Shown here piece after piece: positions 25,491 to 27,642 of a stretch of DNA of 27,642 nucleotides. Below the pieces are notes generated by a model. It was given only the letters and a program-made list of their open reading frames with translations, did no database searches and was not told the DNA's origin. Position numbers and translations under genes: made by a program. The stretch comes from Bacteroidota bacterium. GTDB taxonomy: Bacteria; Bacteroidota; Bacteroidia; Cytophagales; Spirosomataceae. The stretch's first letter is position 1, and each line of letters starts with the position of its first letter. The stretch covers positions 1 to 27,642 of the forward strand of contig JBJOIA010000007.1 of NCBI GenBank assembly GCA_046047395.1, given 5' to 3'.

Positions 25491-26533
25491 AAAGAAGGTT
25501 TTTAGTTGTTATGGCTGGTGGAGCAGGTACAAGATTTTGGCCTGTTAGCACGGAAGAAAAACCTAAACAATTCCTAGATATTCTCGGAGTCGGAAAGACT
25601 TTATTACAAATGACAGTGGAGAGATTCCAAGGAATTATTCCTGTTGAAAATATCGTTATCGTTACCAATAAAGAATATAAATCCCTAGTTCAGGAGCAAT
25701 TGCCCTTTATCATGGACAACAATATTCTTTTAGAACCATATGGTAAAAACACTACCCCATGTGTGGCCTATGCAGCTTATAAAATATCTTCTAAAATAAA
25801 AGATGCCCATTTAATTGTAAGTCCGGCGGACCACCTCGTGGTGAACGTTCAAGATTTTCAAATAGCCATTAACAAGGCTATAAAAAGTTCTTCTGAGGGA
25901 GGGATAGTCACCCTAGGAATTCAACCTAGTAGCCCCAATACGGGTTATGGGTATATTCAATATTTACCATGTGAAAAAAATGATGTTTGTAAGGTAAAGA
26001 CTTTTACTGAAAAACCAAATTTAGAATTAGCGAAGGCATTCGTAGAGAGTGGAGATTATTTATGGAATTCTGGAATTTTTGTTCTGACAGCCAAAACCTT
26101 TAAAAAAGAATTAGAGGAAAATGTGGAAAGAATGGCAGAACAATTTTCCGAAGGGGATAAAATTTATTATACCGAAGGAGAGGAAGAATTTATTCAACGA
26201 ATATATACAGTTGTGAAAAGTATTGCCATTGATATTGCAATCATGGAGAAATCTAAAAATATTTCCGTAATACCTTCAGATTTTGGATGGACAGACCTAG
26301 GAACTTGGAATTCTTTGTATGATCAAATTGAAAAAGATGGAAATCAAAATGTAATTCAAGGTAAGGTGATAGCTTATGATACACATAATTGTGTGATTCA
26401 TATTTCTGAGGGTAAAACCTTGGTCGTACAAGGTTTAGAGAATATGATAATTGCAGAGAAGAATAATAAGATTTTAATTTGTTCAAAAAATCAAGAACAA
26501 AATGTTAAGAATTTTATTGAAAATATAGATTAA
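25487..26533 (+). CDS. manC: Mannose-1-phosphate guanylyltransferase (monofunctional, no PMI domain)
   Basis: MAGGAGTRFWPVS, PKQF, EPYGKNT, SPADH, GYGYI, FTEKP, WNSGIF, IDIAIMEK, FGWTDLGTW. ATGA overlap with the DUF3089 gene. Confidence 0.93.
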   Translation: MKRRFLVVMAGGAGTRFWPVSTEEKPKQFLDILGVGKTLLQMTVERFQGIIPVENIVIVTNKEYKSLVQEQLPFIMDNNILLEPYGKNTTPCVAYAAYKISSKIKDAHLIVSPADHLVVNVQDFQIAINKAIKSSSEGGIVTLGIQPSSPNTGYGYIQYLPCEKNDVCKVKTFTEKPNLELAKAFVESGDYLWNSGIFVLTAKTFKKELEENVERMAEQFSEGDKIYYTEGEEEFIQRIYTVVKSIAIDIAIMEKSKNISVIPSDFGWTDLGTWNSLYDQIEKDGNQNVIQGKVIAYDTHNCVIHISEGKTLVVQGLENMIIAEKNNKILICSKNQEQNVKNFIENID

Positions 26534-27642
26534 GATATCCTAGACCAATTGACCTCATCTTTTTTCTGAGAAGCTATTTGCTTTTTGATTACTTCGTAAC
26601 TTTCTTTCTCCAAATTAGGGTCTTCATTTAATATATTTTGTGCTTCTTGTCGGGCTACCTTTAAAATTTCAGAGTCTTTACTTAAATCTGCAATTAATAG
26701 ATCTATTGCTCCACTTTGTCTGGTACCTCCTAAATCTCCAGGCCCTCTTAATTCTAAGTCTACCTCAGCAATTTCAAAACCATTATTTGTTCGAACCATG
26801 GTTTCTATTCTTTTTTTAGTTTGGGCAGAAAGTTCGTATCGGGTCATTAATATACAATAACTTTGGTCTGCGCCCCGTCCTACTCGTCCTCTCAATTGGT
26901 GTAACTGGGCCAATCCAAATCTTTCTGCATTTTCAATAATCATCACGGAGGCATTTGGCACATTCACCCCTACTTCAATAACGGTAGTTGCCACCATTAT
27001 TTTTGTTTCATTTTTTATGAAACGATTCATTTCAAATTCTTTATTTGCAGGCTTCATTTTTCCATGCAAAATACTCAATGGATATTCTGGAAATGCCCTT
27101 TGGATACTTTCATAGCCATCCATCAAATCCTTAAGGTCCATTTTTTCAGACTCTTCAATCAATGGATAAACAATATAAACTTGTCTGCCTTTTTCAATTT
27201 CATTTCGAATAAATCCGAATACTTTTAGGCGATGGGAATCATATTGGTGAATGGTTTTGATGGGTTTTCTACCTGCAGGCAATTCATCAATAATGGAAAT
27301 ATCCAAATCTCCGAATAAAGTCATTGCCAGGGTCCTAGGAATAGGGGTGGCGGTCATCACTAAAATATGAGGATGGATATGTTTATTTTTCTCCCATAAT
27401 TTCGCTCTTTGGGCCACGCCGAATCGATGTTGTTCATCAATGATACATAGTCCTAGATTATTAAATTCAACGATGTCTTCTAATAGGGCATGGGTACCTA
27501 CAATGATATTTAATTCTCCAGATTGAAGGGTTTGGTGGATTGGAATTCTATCTTTTTTGGAGGTTGAGCCGGTGAGTTTGGCAATTTTTATTCCTAATAA
27601 ATCTGCGAAAGGTTTTAATCCACGATAATGTTGATCTGCCAA
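26530..27642 (-). CDS. recG: ATP-dependent DNA helicase RecG, 3' part only (5' part beyond the window edge)
   Basis: VGTHAL, IIDEQHRFGV, MTATPIPRTL, TTVIEVGVNVPNA, ERFGLAQLHQLRGRVGRG, TRG motif DLELRGPGD. The frame is open at the window edge. Confidence 0.97.
   Translation of the reverse strand: MADQHYRGLKPFADLLGIKIAKLTGSTSKKDRIPIHQTLQSGELNIIVGTHALLEDIVEFNNLGLCIIDEQHRFGVAQRAKLWEKNKHIHPHILVMTATPIPRTLAMTLFGDLDISIIDELPAGRKPIKTIHQYDSHRLKVFGFIRNEIEKGRQVYIVYPLIEESEKMDLKDLMDGYESIQRAFPEYPLSILHGKMKPANKEFEMNRFIKNETKIMVATTVIEVGVNVPNASVMIIENAERFGLAQLHQLRGRVGRGADQSYCILMTRYELSAQTKKRIETMVRTNNGFEIAEVDLELRGPGDLGGTRQSGAIDLLIADLSKDSEILKVARQEAQNILNEDPNLEKESYEVIKKQIASQKKDEVNWSRIS

Noticed and set aside
27640-27642. 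Start codon of recG at the window edge
   Set aside because: The track's M is a TTG at the cut point; the helicase N-terminal part, including Walker A, lies outside the window.

Overview
Low-GC (about one third by spot counts), very densely packed chromosomal window from a Bacteroidota genome. The gldJ, CxxxY-type ccm genes and TAnnTTTG promoters point to Cytophagales; the genus cannot be assigned. About 96% is coding by my count (~960 nt intergenic). Gene order: comF > < gldJ < mfd | TPP riboswitch > thiamine-type TonB-dependent receptor > < LytTR regulator < LytS-type kinase < histidine phosphatase | menI-like thioesterase > menF > [heptamer repeat array] < CNNM/HlyC protein < 85-aa membrane ORF < ccmF < ccmE < ccmD < ccmC < ccmB < uvrA < 1000-aa TonB-dependent receptor | DUF3089 hydrolase > manC > < recG (cut by the window edge). 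I saw no rRNA, tRNA, CRISPR array, transposase or phage gene. The content is mostly housekeeping, and no clearly new multi-gene system is proven here. The best leads are: (i) a 12-codon MGGWWWHFLKID uORF, whose coding strand is also a G-rich G-quadruplex-like tract, directly upstream of the heme-handling ccmBCDEF operon; (ii) a variant System I* cytochrome c maturation locus with a CxxxY CcmE, an enlarged CcmF and a coupled unknown membrane ORF; (iii) a readable expression platform for the TPP riboswitch; (iv) a heptamer-periodic intergenic repeat family shared by two loci; (v) a SusD-less TonB receptor with large Ala/Gly-rich insertions, divergent from a DUF3089 lipoprotein hydrolase.
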